Part shown: one piece after another, positions 38,328-48,016 of the stretch
How positions within the stretch are numbered: the stretch's first letter is position 1
Layout: every line of letters starts with the position of its first letter
Source: Candidatus Nomurabacteria bacterium
GTDB taxonomy: Bacteria; Patescibacteriota; Minisyncoccia; Phycocordibacterales; SBAW01
Assembly (NCBI GenBank): GCA_943349945.1
Contig: CALQZS010000002.1
Span: 51,278-115,277, forward strand
Direction: 5' to 3'
Length of the DNA: 64,000 nt
Translations under genes and position numbers: made by a program
Notes under the pieces: model-generated
The model's database searches: none
What the model saw: the letters and a program-made list of their open reading frames with translations, nothing else
Told to the model about the DNA's origin: nothing

Positions 38328-39458
38328 ATGAAGATTTTATTTACAGGGTGGGGGAGCGGAGGACATTTTTACCCCATCATCGCTGTTGCCGAGGCAATGC
38401 AAGACGTGGTGCGCGAACGCAAGCTGCTTGAGCCAAACCTCTATTACGCCGCACCAGACCCATACAACCGCGAGATGTTACTTGCACACAACATCACCTT
38501 TTTACCTAGTGCTGCGGGCAAGATACGCAACTACTTTTCTATTCGGAACTTTTTTGATCTTTTTAAAACTGCGTGGGGGGTCGCGCGCTCTACCGTGCGT
38601 ATATTTTTTCTCTATCCGGACGTAGTGTTTGCCACGGGCGGGTACGGCAGCTTCCCAACTTTGCTTGCGGCGCGTTTTTTCCGCATCCCGGTGGTTATTT
38701 ATGCAACCGACGCAGAACCAAGCCGGGTCAACCGCTGGGCCGGCAAGTTTGCGGTCAAGGTTGCGGTCTCGTTTAAAGAAGCGGCGGAATATTTTCCTGC
38801 CGATAAAGTTGCCTACACTGGCAACCCGCTGCGCAAGTCTGTGTTGTTGCCCGCGCGCGAAGGCGCACACGCGTTTTTAAAACTCAACCCCGAGCTCCCG
38901 GTCATACTGGTGTGGGGCGGGTCACAAGGGGCGCAAGCGCTAAACGAAGTAGTGCTTAACGCATTACCCGAGCTGCTTCAAAAATATCAAATCATCCACC
39001 AAACTGGTGACGCCAACATCGACGACATGACCTCGCGAGTTAAAGTGGTAGTAACCGACCCCGCACTACGCGAGCGATACAAGCCGTATGGCTATTTAAA
39101 TGACTTGGCCGTGCGCATGTCGGCCGGCGTTGCCGCGCTGGTCATATCGCGCGCAGGGGCGGGGAGTATTTTTGAGATGGCAGCATGGGGTCTACCATCC
39201 ATCTTGGTGCCAATACCCGAGCCAATATCGCACGATCAAACAAAAAACGCCTTTTCGTACGCGCGCGGTGGGGCTGCGGTGGTGATACAACAAAACAACC
39301 TCACGCCAAAACTACTTGCGTCAGAAGTGAATCGTATCTTTGATAACAAAGACATCAGCCGCACCATGAGCGCTGCTGCACGCGAGTTTGGCCGCCCCGA
39401 CGCAGCACACACTATAGCCACCGCACTACTCGACATCGCACTCTCTCATGAACTCTAA
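38328..39458 (+). CDS. murG: UDP-GlcNAc:MurNAc-(pentapeptide)-PP-undecaprenol GlcNAc transferase
   Basis: N-terminal GGHFYPIIAVAEA and a GT28 C-terminal domain. Extended -10 TGaTACAGT at 38312-38320 lies 7 nt before the ATG. Confidence 0.9.
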   Translation: MKILFTGWGSGGHFYPIIAVAEAMQDVVRERKLLEPNLYYAAPDPYNREMLLAHNITFLPSAAGKIRNYFSIRNFFDLFKTAWGVARSTVRIFFLYPDVVFATGGYGSFPTLLAARFFRIPVVIYATDAEPSRVNRWAGKFAVKVAVSFKEAAEYFPADKVAYTGNPLRKSVLLPAREGAHAFLKLNPELPVILVWGGSQGAQALNEVVLNALPELLQKYQIIHQTGDANIDDMTSRVKVVVTDPALRERYKPYGYLNDLAVRMSAGVAALVISRAGAGSIFEMAAWGLPSILVPIPEPISHDQTKNAFSYARGGAAVVIQQNNLTPKLLASEVNRIFDNKDISRTMSAAAREFGRPDAAHTIATALLDIALSHEL

Positions 39459-40776
39459 AAAAGTGATTACTCGGATAGCGCCGTCCCCGACGGGGCAGAT
39501 GCATATAGGCACGGTCCGCACCGCGCTGTTTAATTATATTTTTGCCAAACAGCACGGAGGTACATATTTTGTCCGCATCGAAGACACCGACCGCGAGCGC
39601 AACAAAGAAGAATGGGTGGATGCTATTTGGCGCGACTTTGAGTGGTGCGGGATACTCCCAGACAAAAAATATCGCCAGTCAGAACACATAGAGCGCCACA
39701 AAGAGCTGCTTGCATCTTTGGTTGCTTCGGGCAAAGCATACCTATCCAAAGAGCCAAAAAAAGATGATCCGTCGCAGACAGTAGAAGTGGTGCGCCTTAA
39801 AAACCCAGGAGGCGTGGTTACCTTTAGCGACTTGGTGCGTGGCGACATTAGCGTCGACACCACAGACTTGGGTGACTTTGTTATCGCACGCTCTATCGAC
39901 GACCCTCTGTACCACTTTGCAGTAGTGGTGGACGACGGGGACGCAGGGGTGACCCACGTGCTGCGCGCAGAGGAGCACATATCCAACACGCCGCGGCAAA
40001 TACTCATACTCGAGGCGCTTGGTTTTGAACGTCCTGTATACGGACACTTTCCACTTATCTTGGCACCCGACCGCTCCAAACTATCAAAGCGCAAACACGG
40101 CGCGTCGATAGAAAACTATCGTGCCCAAGGCTTTATCCCCGAAGCGCTTATCAACTACTTGGCGTTCTTGGGATGGAACCCGGGCACAGAAGAAGAGCTG
40201 TTTACCCTAGACGAGCTTATCGAGCGATTTTCTATAGACAAGTTACAGAAAGCGGGCGCCATATTTGATGAAGTAAAGATGCGCTGGTTTAACCACGAGC
40301 ATCTCAAAAAACTCTCGGACCAGGAGTTTACCGAGCGTCTTGTTACTTTTGCAGGGGAGACGCCGCTGCCGCCATATTTGGGGCACATACTCTCGCTATT
40401 GCGCGAACGCTCACAAACTTTGGGCGAAGCCCTGCAAGCTCTGGCAGATGGGGAGTTTGCGTTTATGGAAGACAACATCACCTACGAGCCCGCACTGTTG
40501 CTTAAAGGCGCAAAAGTAGATGCAGCAGCCGCAAAAGCACACCTACAAAAAGTAACTGAGATGTTGGAGAGTATAGAATCTACAAACTTTACCGCAGAAG
40601 GGACGAAAGAAGTTATATTTCCTTACGCAACAGAGCAGGGCAGAAGCGGTGTGTTGTGGCCTATGCGCGTAGCGCTGTCGGGAAAGGAGAAGTCGCCTGA
40701 CCCCTTCACACTATGCGCCTTGCTTGGCAAAGAAAAAACACTCGAGCGCATTGCACAAGCATCCCGCGTGCTTTAA
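39448..40776 (+). CDS. gltX: glutamyl-tRNA synthetase (class I GlxRS)
   Basis: HIGH-like (PSPTGQMHIGTVRTALFNY) and KLSKR (KMSKS) motifs. Confidence 0.9.
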   Translation: MNSKKVITRIAPSPTGQMHIGTVRTALFNYIFAKQHGGTYFVRIEDTDRERNKEEWVDAIWRDFEWCGILPDKKYRQSEHIERHKELLASLVASGKAYLSKEPKKDDPSQTVEVVRLKNPGGVVTFSDLVRGDISVDTTDLGDFVIARSIDDPLYHFAVVVDDGDAGVTHVLRAEEHISNTPRQILILEALGFERPVYGHFPLILAPDRSKLSKRKHGASIENYRAQGFIPEALINYLAFLGWNPGTEEELFTLDELIERFSIDKLQKAGAIFDEVKMRWFNHEHLKKLSDQEFTERLVTFAGETPLPPYLGHILSLLRERSQTLGEALQALADGEFAFMEDNITYEPALLLKGAKVDAAAAKAHLQKVTEMLESIESTNFTAEGTKEVIFPYATEQGRSGVLWPMRVALSGKEKSPDPFTLCALLGKEKTLERIAQASRVL

Positions 40777-40785
40777 AGTAGAGGA

Positions 40786-42033
40786 ATGCGAACCCTCTGT
40801 GCTGCATTGCTTGTTTTTGTATTACTGCTCGTGCCTGTATACAGCGAGGCCAACGACGCCATACAAGAGCAGATAAATAAAAACAGTGCACAAATTGCCG
40901 AGCTACAAAAAGAAATAGCGAAACTCCAAACCGAACTCAACGCAACCAGCCAACAAAAACAAACACTCCAAAGCACCGTCGCCAGCTACAATCTCAACAT
41001 TCAAAAAACCACCAAGAGTATCTCCCTTACCAACACGCAAATTTCACAAAAAGACACCGAAATAGGGAGACTCTCGGGCAGTATCTCTACCACCGCAAAC
41101 AATATCGACGGGGTGAAGGGGCAGATAGCAAACTCACTGCGACAGCTCGACATGTTAGAGCAAGAGCCTATGGCAGTGATGCTTTTAGGCGGGGGTACAT
41201 TGTCGTCTTTTTTTGACGAAGCAACAGCGCTAGCGGCACTTCGGCTAGGGCTGCAGGACCGTGTGGTCGCATTGTCTGATTTAAAAACAGACCTGACCGT
41301 CAGCAAAGACGTTGCAGAAGACAAGCGCGACGAACTGGCAAGGCTGCAGCAAAAACTCGCACAAGAAAAACAGAGCTTGGCTGTGGCGCGCGACGAACAA
41401 AATAAACTACTGCAGCAGACCAAAAACAAAGAATCCAACTATCAGGCACTTATTGCGCAAAAACAGGCCGAGCAAGCGGCCTTTGAACGCGTACTCTTTG
41501 AGCTGGCATCACAACTTAAATCTGCTGACGCAACCAACATCCCCCAGGCGGGGAGCGGGGTGCTACGTTGGCCGCTGGATGCGCCGTTTATCACACAGCA
41601 ATTTGGCAAAACCATAGACGCGGGGCGTTTGTACACCTCGGGCACACACGACGGTATAGACATGCGTGCGAGCGTGGGCACGCCGGTGCGCGCAGCGCTT
41701 TCGGGCACGGTGTTTGAAGTAAACCAAGGAGCCGTAGCTGCCTGCCAGTATGGCAAATGGGTTATTGTAAAGCACGCCAACGGCCTAGCCACACTGTATG
41801 CCCACCTCTCGACCATTAACGTACAGAAGGGCCAGACAGTCACAACAGGCCAGGTAGTGGGGCTTGCAGGCAACACCGGCTATGCAACCGGGCCGCACCT
41901 GCACTTTACGGTGTACTTAGCAGAAGCGCTGTCTCTAAAGCAATACACATGCAAAAGCGGGTACACCGTTACTGTACCCATTGCGCCACTTAACGCATAC
42001 CTAAACCCCGTGTCGTACTTGACTCGTTTGTAA
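40786..42033 (+). CDS. M23 peptidase with N-terminal coiled coil (EnvC/NlpD-like murein hydrolase or activator)
   Basis: Signal peptide, a long Q/L-rich coiled coil and a LytM domain (HDGIDM...GPHLHF) with an HxH motif. Confidence 0.85.
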   Translation: MRTLCAALLVFVLLLVPVYSEANDAIQEQINKNSAQIAELQKEIAKLQTELNATSQQKQTLQSTVASYNLNIQKTTKSISLTNTQISQKDTEIGRLSGSISTTANNIDGVKGQIANSLRQLDMLEQEPMAVMLLGGGTLSSFFDEATALAALRLGLQDRVVALSDLKTDLTVSKDVAEDKRDELARLQQKLAQEKQSLAVARDEQNKLLQQTKNKESNYQALIAQKQAEQAAFERVLFELASQLKSADATNIPQAGSGVLRWPLDAPFITQQFGKTIDAGRLYTSGTHDGIDMRASVGTPVRAALSGTVFEVNQGAVAACQYGKWVIVKHANGLATLYAHLSTINVQKGQTVTTGQVVGLAGNTGYATGPHLHFTVYLAEALSLKQYTCKSGYTVTVPIAPLNAYLNPVSYLTRL

Positions 42034-42139
42034 AAAATTATCCCCACCGCACTGCTATGGTATTTGTGTAAAAAGCCCCATACTAGAAGGGCGGAAGCGG
42101 TCGAGCCGCACACCTATTTTCTTTCAAATCAAAAAGCGT

Positions 42140-42364
42140 ATGAAATTAGTTCACTTCGTAACGTTCGTACTTACTGTGGTCGGTGCCCTCAACTGGGGAC
42201 TTGTTGGGTTGGGCTGGCTCGTAGGCAATGGCGCAGACTGGAACCTCGTACACATGCTCTTGGGCTCAAATATGCAGCTCGAGGGAATTGTCTATGTCTT
42301 GGTTGGTCTCTCTGCAGCGTGGCTCGTCGTAGGACACAAAAAAGACTGCAAAGTCTGCATGTAA
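42140..42364 (+). CDS. DUF378 family small membrane protein
   Basis: ALNWGLVGLGWL motif and a two-TM 74-aa protein. Confidence 0.7.
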   Translation: MKLVHFVTFVLTVVGALNWGLVGLGWLVGNGADWNLVHMLLGSNMQLEGIVYVLVGLSAAWLVVGHKKDCKVCM

Positions 42365-42420
42365 CAAAGGGTTTTCTACTAAAAGAGAATTTTCTTTTGG
42401 TGTGGTATACTGCCGGAGTA

Positions 42421-43152
42421 ATGACTCCGGCAGTTTCCATTTCAGGCCTCAAAAAAACCTACGACACCGGTACCGAGGCGCTTAAAGGGGTCGACCTAGC
42501 GATAGAGCAGGGCGACTTTTTTGCGCTTTTGGGGCCAAACGGGGCAGGGAAGACCACCCTTATAGGTATTTTGTCTGGCTTAGTCACCAAAACCGGCGGC
42601 AGCGTAGAAGTATTTGGTACCTCAATTGACGCCGACGCACCCAAAGCCAAAACCCATATTGGGTTGGTGCCACAGGAGTTTAATTTTAATATTTTTGCCA
42701 AAGTAATCGACATAGTAGTTACCCAAGCAGGGTACTATGGGATGCCGCGCACCGAAGCTATTGCCCGCGCAGAAGAGCTTTTAAAAGAACTGGGGCTTTG
42801 GGACAAGCGCAACGAGCCTTCGCAAAAACTCTCGGGAGGTATGAAGCGCCGTTTGATGATTGCGCGTGGGTTGGTGCACGCACCCAAGCTCCTTATACTC
42901 GACGAGCCGACGGCAGGCGTGGATGTTGAGATGCGCCTGGGCATGTGGGAGTTTTTGCGCAAATTAAACGCGAGCGGCACGACCATTATTTTGACCACAC
43001 ACTACCTCGAAGAAGCCGAAGACCTGTGCCGCAACGTAGCGGTCATAAACCACGGGAAAATATTGGTGCACGAGTCTATGCAAGGCTTGCTCGAGCGCCA
43101 CGGCAAAGACAAGCTCGAAAACGTATACCTCGAACTCATTCGCCAAAAATAA
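42421..43152 (+). CDS. ABC transporter ATP-binding protein (ABC-2 type)
   Basis: Walker A (GPNGAGKTT), signature (LSGGMKRR) and Walker B (LLILDEPT). Start is at MTPAVSISGL. The longer ORF-track N-terminus was rejected. Confidence 0.9.
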   Translation: MTPAVSISGLKKTYDTGTEALKGVDLAIEQGDFFALLGPNGAGKTTLIGILSGLVTKTGGSVEVFGTSIDADAPKAKTHIGLVPQEFNFNIFAKVIDIVVTQAGYYGMPRTEAIARAEELLKELGLWDKRNEPSQKLSGGMKRRLMIARGLVHAPKLLILDEPTAGVDVEMRLGMWEFLRKLNASGTTIILTTHYLEEAEDLCRNVAVINHGKILVHESMQGLLERHGKDKLENVYLELIRQK

Positions 43153-43153
43153 T

Positions 43154-43927
43154 ATGACTCCACAAAAAATAGCCATAGCCTACTACACCATGTTGCGCGC
43201 CGAGTTTGTGCGCATCATACGCATTTGGTCGCAGACGCTGCTGCCACCCATTGTTACCACCACACTGTACTTTGTGGTGTTTGGTAAATTCATCGGATCA
43301 CAGCTAGCACCCATAGACGGCTTCGAGTATATACAGTTTATCGTTCCGGGCCTCATCATGATGGCGATCATAACCAGCTCGTACATGAACACCGTCTCGA
43401 CATTTTATTTTGCAAAATGGACACGCACCTTAGACGAAATTTTGGTGTCGCCGATGCCCAACTGGACTGTGGTGGTAGGGTTTGTCAGTGGGGGAGTTTT
43501 GCGCGGCTTGTTGGTGGGCATACTGGTGCTTATTGTGTCTCTCTTCTTTACCCACCTAGCAGTGTTTAATGTTGTGGTGCTGATACTCGCAGCCGTGCTT
43601 ACCTCGGTGCTCTTTTCGCTTGGCGGGCTTATAAACGGCGTCTTTGCCAAGGGGTTTGACGGCATCTCCATAGTCCCCACGTTCGTCCTAACCCCACTGA
43701 CCTACCTAGGCGGCATCTTTTATTCTATAGACCAATTCTCGCCATTTTGGCAGCAGGTGTCGATGTTTAACCCAATACTCTACATGATCAATGCCTTCCG
43801 TTATGGGTTCCTTGGTATAAGCGACATCAATATCTGGGTCTGTTTTGGTGTGTTGCTTGGCATGCTCGCACTATTTGTCGGTATTATTCTCTACCTCTTT
43901 AGACAGGGGATAGGGGTCAAAAACTAA
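43154..43927 (+). CDS. ABC-2 type transporter permease
   Basis: Six-TM profile, immediately downstream of the ATPase. Confidence 0.85.
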   Translation: MTPQKIAIAYYTMLRAEFVRIIRIWSQTLLPPIVTTTLYFVVFGKFIGSQLAPIDGFEYIQFIVPGLIMMAIITSSYMNTVSTFYFAKWTRTLDEILVSPMPNWTVVVGFVSGGVLRGLLVGILVLIVSLFFTHLAVFNVVVLILAAVLTSVLFSLGGLINGVFAKGFDGISIVPTFVLTPLTYLGGIFYSIDQFSPFWQQVSMFNPILYMINAFRYGFLGISDINIWVCFGVLLGMLALFVGIILYLFRQGIGVKN

Positions 43928-43930
43928 TCT

Positions 43931-44593
43931 CTATTCTTTTTTTCTTGGGTCTTTTTGTTCTACCAAAAGTAGAATCTTTCTCTCAATTGGGGCAGTTGGG
44001 CGGAGTGTGCGCAGTATATTTTTTGGCGCTGCAGGGGAGTGTGGCGCCTCGTCTATATCGTCGGCGAACCACTCCATATTTTCTTCCACGGTGAGCCACT
44101 GCTCCAGTTTGTATTGGCGCATATTAAAAGGCTCCGAGTATGCCAACATGGTCTTGCGACCGTCGCTCATAGTGTATTCGTGGAAGTATGACATCGCTAG
44201 CTCGCGTGGGCTTGCGTATACGCCGTCGCGCCAGCGCAGCATGGCGTGGTTGGTTTTGCTTATAGCGCCCCACAAACCATTATCCTCGAATATTGCAACC
44301 ACATGGTCCTCGTCGTACTCGCGGGTTTGAAAGTCCATAAGGTATGGCGGGCGACCGTGGTACGCCAAGGCAGCCGCAGCCAACAGCGCCGCCTCTATGC
44401 AGTGTGCCCGGCCCGTGCGCATAACCCTGCGCGGCGACATCAGCGTCTCGCCATCTACTTCAAAATTTACTTTGAGCGTATCTAGATAGTCTTGAATCTT
44501 TTTTGGGGTAGAGAGTTTTTGTAATATTTTTTTCTCGGCGGGGGACAGGAGGGCCTGCATCTGTGCCCGGTATTTCTTTGGGTCCATGGACAC
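43931..44593 (-). CDS. hypothetical protein, possible transglutaminase-like/papain-fold domain
   Basis: GRAHCIEAALLAAAALAYHG (Cys at a helix N-terminus) and HVVAIFEDNGLWGAI (His...GW) resemble the transglutaminase-like core. The assignment is weak. Confidence 0.55.
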   Translation of the reverse strand: MSMDPKKYRAQMQALLSPAEKKILQKLSTPKKIQDYLDTLKVNFEVDGETLMSPRRVMRTGRAHCIEAALLAAAALAYHGRPPYLMDFQTREYDEDHVVAIFEDNGLWGAISKTNHAMLRWRDGVYASPRELAMSYFHEYTMSDGRKTMLAYSEPFNMRQYKLEQWLTVEENMEWFADDIDEAPHSPAAPKNILRTLRPTAPIERKILLLVEQKDPRKKE

Positions 44594-45019
44594 ATCTTAT
44601 CATTTTTACTGAACAGACTCCCCTGCCAAAATCCAAAAAAACCGGGGGAGGGGTTTGAGGGAATGAGTTTGATACAAAAGTACACAAACAATTTACTAGA
44701 TTTTTATTTTAAAAAGTTGCGGGCGAGTAGAGGGGAGGGGAAGTTAAAAAATTTAATTACTAATCTAGAGCTAGGGTATAGGCCACGCTTTGAATGTATA
44801 TACGTCGCACAATATACCTTTTGCGACGTATTCCAGGCACAAAAGGCTTCTTCCTATAAAGCCTCTGGCTCGCGCATACATACGCCCCGACCTTTCCCTC
44901 GTCCTAGATCTTTCCAAACACTCCTGGGGCATTCTAGGGGCATACTTTCCTACACCAACTGCCAACCTTTCTCTAAATCACCCCTCTTCCCCAAGGGTCA
45001 AAATTTTCGCTTTTAAGCA

Positions 45020-45044
45020 GGGGAGTCGCTCCCCCATTTTTATA
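45020..45044 (+). terminator. rho-independent terminator inside a long intergenic region
   Basis: ggggag tcg ctcccc hairpin followed by CATTTTTATAT. Confidence 0.65.
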
Positions 45045-45119
45045 TAAAAAGAACCGATTGATATTAGATCAGTCGATGTCTACATCTAGCGTCGAACGTA
45101 GCACAGGAGCAGCTAAAAG

Positions 45120-45524
45120 ATGCGCTACAATGGGAAGCATATGAATCGATTGATAAAAAACTACGCACCACTATTTGGCAGGATATTACTAGGCGGGTTC
45201 TTTTTGTGGAATGGGGTACAAACCCTGCTCCACCTCCCCGCCACCGCCGAGATGCTTACCACGGCAGGGCTGCCTAGCTCGGTCTTTTTGGCAACGCTCG
45301 TTGGCGCCATAGAAGTACTCGGTGGCATTGGGCTGGTAGTGGGCTTCCACACGCGCCTGTGCGCCGCAGTGCTGGCATTCTACATTGCACTGGTAGCTGG
45401 GTTTTTGTTTAACGCAAACGATGCCGCCGGCACGCACTTGTTTTTGCAGCGGATGGCTATTGTGGGCGGTTTATTGTACGTGGTGGCGTACGGCTCGGGC
45501 AGATGGAGCACCGACCACACCTAA
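45120..45524 (+). CDS. DoxX family membrane protein
   Basis: DoxX motif (FGRILLGGFFLWNGVQTL...) with four TM helices. Confidence 0.75.
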   Translation: MRYNGKHMNRLIKNYAPLFGRILLGGFFLWNGVQTLLHLPATAEMLTTAGLPSSVFLATLVGAIEVLGGIGLVVGFHTRLCAAVLAFYIALVAGFLFNANDAAGTHLFLQRMAIVGGLLYVVAYGSGRWSTDHT

Positions 45525-45526
45525 TA

Positions 45527-45568
45527 TAAAAAACAACACCCGGGGAATTCCCCGGGTGTTGTTTTTTG
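45527..45568. terminator. strong bidirectional rho-independent terminator
   Basis: aacaacacccgggg aatt ccccgggtgttgtt perfect 14-bp stem flanked by an A-run and a T-run. Confidence 0.9.
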
Positions 45569-45578
45569 TGTAAGCTCT

Positions 45579-45995
45579 TTATTTGGCCAGCGCCATGTGT
45601 TTGCTGTTGCCCCAACAAGGAGACGACGACATCCACGGTGTTACACCTTCTCGCTCATACAGGTAGCGCGCGTATGCGGCGTTGCCCTGCATGGTGTGTA
45701 TATCTAGCCCAAGCTCTTTCGAGCGTTTAAGGTGGTAATACTCGTTTATCTGCATTACCCCGACGTCTTTATTATTTACTTTGCCGCGATAGACAGACCC
45801 ACTGAGGTCATACTGGCGAAAGTGCGACTCGCACTTGGCCACATCAACCATGATAGGTACGTCGGCAAAATACTCTGCAATATACTCATGCACTGTCTGT
45901 GCCTGCGGTGCAGTAACAAACGCAGGCTCCGCAGCTGGCGCACTGGGCGCAAAAGCGACCGAGAGAGCCAACGCAAGTGAAGCGGTAAGAGGCAT
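45579..45995 (-). CDS. secreted lysozyme-like/lytic transglycosylase (SLT-like) domain protein
   Basis: Signal peptide and a CESHFRQYD...GVMQIN motif resembling the SLT catalytic E-S...GLMQI region. Confidence 0.65.
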   Translation of the reverse strand: MPLTASLALALSVAFAPSAPAAEPAFVTAPQAQTVHEYIAEYFADVPIMVDVAKCESHFRQYDLSGSVYRGKVNNKDVGVMQINEYYHLKRSKELGLDIHTMQGNAAYARYLYEREGVTPWMSSSPCWGNSKHMALAK

Positions 45996-46235
45996 AGGTC
46001 AGTTGTAAATGTTTTAGTAAGCGTATTTAGCAGTGCCGGGCTAGTGCCACAAGGGCATACCCAGGCAAAGAAAAAGCCCTGGCTCGACACCAGGGATACA
46101 GAAAGGGTACCAGGTTTTAAGGAGGGGGGTCAAGAACAGCCCTTGACAAGAAAAATGCCTACCCCATCCCCCACTGTGGATATCGGCTTGACGAGAAAAT
46201 ACGTTGTGTTTAAAGGGTTTTTTGACCTTGCAAAT

Positions 46236-46829
46236 TTACCAAGGTAGGGCGTAATTCTCGAATTCTGGCAGGAGTTTTTTGCCATATAGCAGACGCGAAA
46301 TAACCTCCGCATGGGACTTTGCCCCGGTAAGCGCATTGTGCGGATCGGGCTCATCTGGGATACCGCAGTAGTTAAGCACCGCGTCCAAGTTAAGCGCGGA
46401 GTGTTTTTTTACCGGGTCGGTTGGTGGCACTACTCCCCGCTTGACCATGTGCATATAGCACAGCGTATGCGTGTCGAGTGTGCGGTGTGCAAAGGGCCAG
46501 TTGGTGTGCCCAGCGCGCACAGCAGCCGCGCGCAAAAAGTCTCTGTCAAAAGACACGTTCTGTCCGGCAAGTGTCTGCTCATCTGCCCCCTCTGCAAACG
46601 CTATAAACGCACGCACCAAATCGGCCTCGGACTGCTTGCTTGGGTCGGTTATCTGCTCGCGTGTAAAGCCGTTTACCTCAAGCGCCCCGTCTTCTATATG
46701 CGCACCATCCCAAATGCGGCACTCTGCATACATCTGGCGGGATGGATTGGCCAAGTCGAGAGCCCCCACGCTCACTATGGAGCATTTTTCATAACTGACA
46801 CCGCTGGCTTCTACATCTACAATAATCAT
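46236..46829 (-). CDS. DEDDh 3'-5' exonuclease (DnaQ/RNase T-like)
   Basis: Exo I motif (IIVDVEASG), plus Exo II and Exo III (H...D) residues. Confidence 0.8.
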   Translation of the reverse strand: MIIVDVEASGVSYEKCSIVSVGALDLANPSRQMYAECRIWDGAHIEDGALEVNGFTREQITDPSKQSEADLVRAFIAFAEGADEQTLAGQNVSFDRDFLRAAAVRAGHTNWPFAHRTLDTHTLCYMHMVKRGVVPPTDPVKKHSALNLDAVLNYCGIPDEPDPHNALTGAKSHAEVISRLLYGKKLLPEFENYALPW

Positions 46830-46858
46830 AAGAGAATTTTAATTATTAGTGGCGAGTG

Positions 46859-47251
46859 TTATGGCAGGATGCAGTTTGCTGCTAGTGTATACCCAGCAGC
46901 CTCTGCATCTTCAATACTACCAAACCAAACCTGGTTTTCTGGCTTGATGCGCCCAGCCCCCGAACACCCCGCAGCATAGTATTTGGTGCCGTTTTTAGAG
47001 GCGACAAAGTTCTTGGGTTGGTTGGGCAGGGGCACGGGCCGCTTTGGAGCCTCTGCCGTAGGCACTGCCAACACCCGTGCCTCCCCCACTGCTGCAGGCT
47101 GCGGGGCGTATATGCGCATCCCACCTTTTTGCTCGTGCAGTACCGACAAACGGCCCAAACCAAAGGCCGCCACCCCCACCAGCACCACTGCCAAAGCCGC
47201 GCCCCAGGGGCTTGCCGCGACCTTGCTAAAATTGAGGCTTTTTGGTAGCAT
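46859..47251 (-). CDS. membrane-anchored protein with a C-terminal Ada-type metal-binding-like domain
   Basis: KYYAAGCSGAGRIKPENQVWFGSIEDAEAAGYTLAANC resembles the Ada N-terminal Zn-binding domain. An N-terminal TM anchor is present. Confidence 0.6.
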   Translation of the reverse strand: MLPKSLNFSKVAASPWGAALAVVLVGVAAFGLGRLSVLHEQKGGMRIYAPQPAAVGEARVLAVPTAEAPKRPVPLPNQPKNFVASKNGTKYYAAGCSGAGRIKPENQVWFGSIEDAEAAGYTLAANCILP

Positions 47252-47275
47252 GCTCAGTACAGATAAGTATAGTAT

Positions 47276-47554
47276 ATGGCATCAAAAAAGGCGGGCGGCA
47301 CAGCTAAAAACCTAAACGACTCAAAACCAAAATACTTGGGGGTTAAGCTCTATGCCGGCCAAAAGGCGCACATAGGCGACATCATCGTGCGTCAACGCGG
47401 CACCAAGATGGTCCCTGGTCGCAACGTAGGTCTTGGTAAAGACCACACTATTTTCGCACTCACCGAAGGCGTTGTTGCCTTCCGCAATGTCCGCAAAGTG
47501 GGCTTTGACGGACACACCACCAAGCGCTCTGCGGTGGACGTAGTTACTCAATAA
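47276..47554 (+). CDS. rpmA: ribosomal protein L27
   Basis: Full-length L27 similarity (MASKKAGG...). Confidence 0.95.
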   Translation: MASKKAGGTAKNLNDSKPKYLGVKLYAGQKAHIGDIIVRQRGTKMVPGRNVGLGKDHTIFALTEGVVAFRNVRKVGFDGHTTKRSAVDVVTQ

Positions 47555-47566
47555 ACTAGCGATTTT

Positions 47567-48016
47567 TTATATAGCGGATGCGGTAATAACCACAGTTATT
47601 GCCGCCTTTTTATTTTTGGAAACTACCTGCACCGTATGTTCGCCCACCGTCTTCATATGTTCAGGCAAGGCCAAGCATGCTTCGGGTATCTGCAGCGCAT
47701 GTTCTCCTAAAATAGCTTTGGCAATATCTTTTGCGGTTACTGTTTTAAATAAGCCACCCTTGGGGGTTGCGCGTACCGCAATAGTTACTTTTTTACCATT
47801 AAGCGAGGCGACTTTGGTATCCAACACTTCGTCCTCTTTACGCGCCGCCTCTGCTGCCGCCTGTTTTTGTTTTTCTATCTGGGCCACCTTTTCGGGCGTT
47901 GCTGGCTCGGCAGATTTGCTAGGGAAAAGGAAGTTAGCCGCATAGCCGTCGGCCACGTCTTTTATCTCCCCTGCCCGCCCAACCCTGCGCACATCCTTTA
48001 CAAAGATTACTTTCAT
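47567..48016 (-). CDS. rplI: ribosomal protein L9
   Basis: MKVIFVKDVRRVGRAGEIKDVADGYAANFLFP matches the L9 N-domain. Confidence 0.9.
   Translation of the reverse strand: MKVIFVKDVRRVGRAGEIKDVADGYAANFLFPSKSAEPATPEKVAQIEKQKQAAAEAARKEDEVLDTKVASLNGKKVTIAVRATPKGGLFKTVTAKDIAKAILGEHALQIPEACLALPEHMKTVGEHTVQVVSKNKKAAITVVITASAI

Noticed and set aside
42064-42420. N-terminal extension of the ABC ATPase ORF (the ORF track starts at 42064)
   Set aside because: It would overlap the DUF378 gene in another frame. ABC ATPase homology begins at MTPAVSISGLKK (ATG 42421) and the upstream residues are Arg/Cys-rich junk.
44663-45016. 117-aa plus-strand ORF in the long intergenic gap
   Set aside because: After about 40 residues the translation becomes low-complexity (PRPFPRPRSF...) because it reads through a pyrimidine-rich tract. 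It is more likely non-coding.
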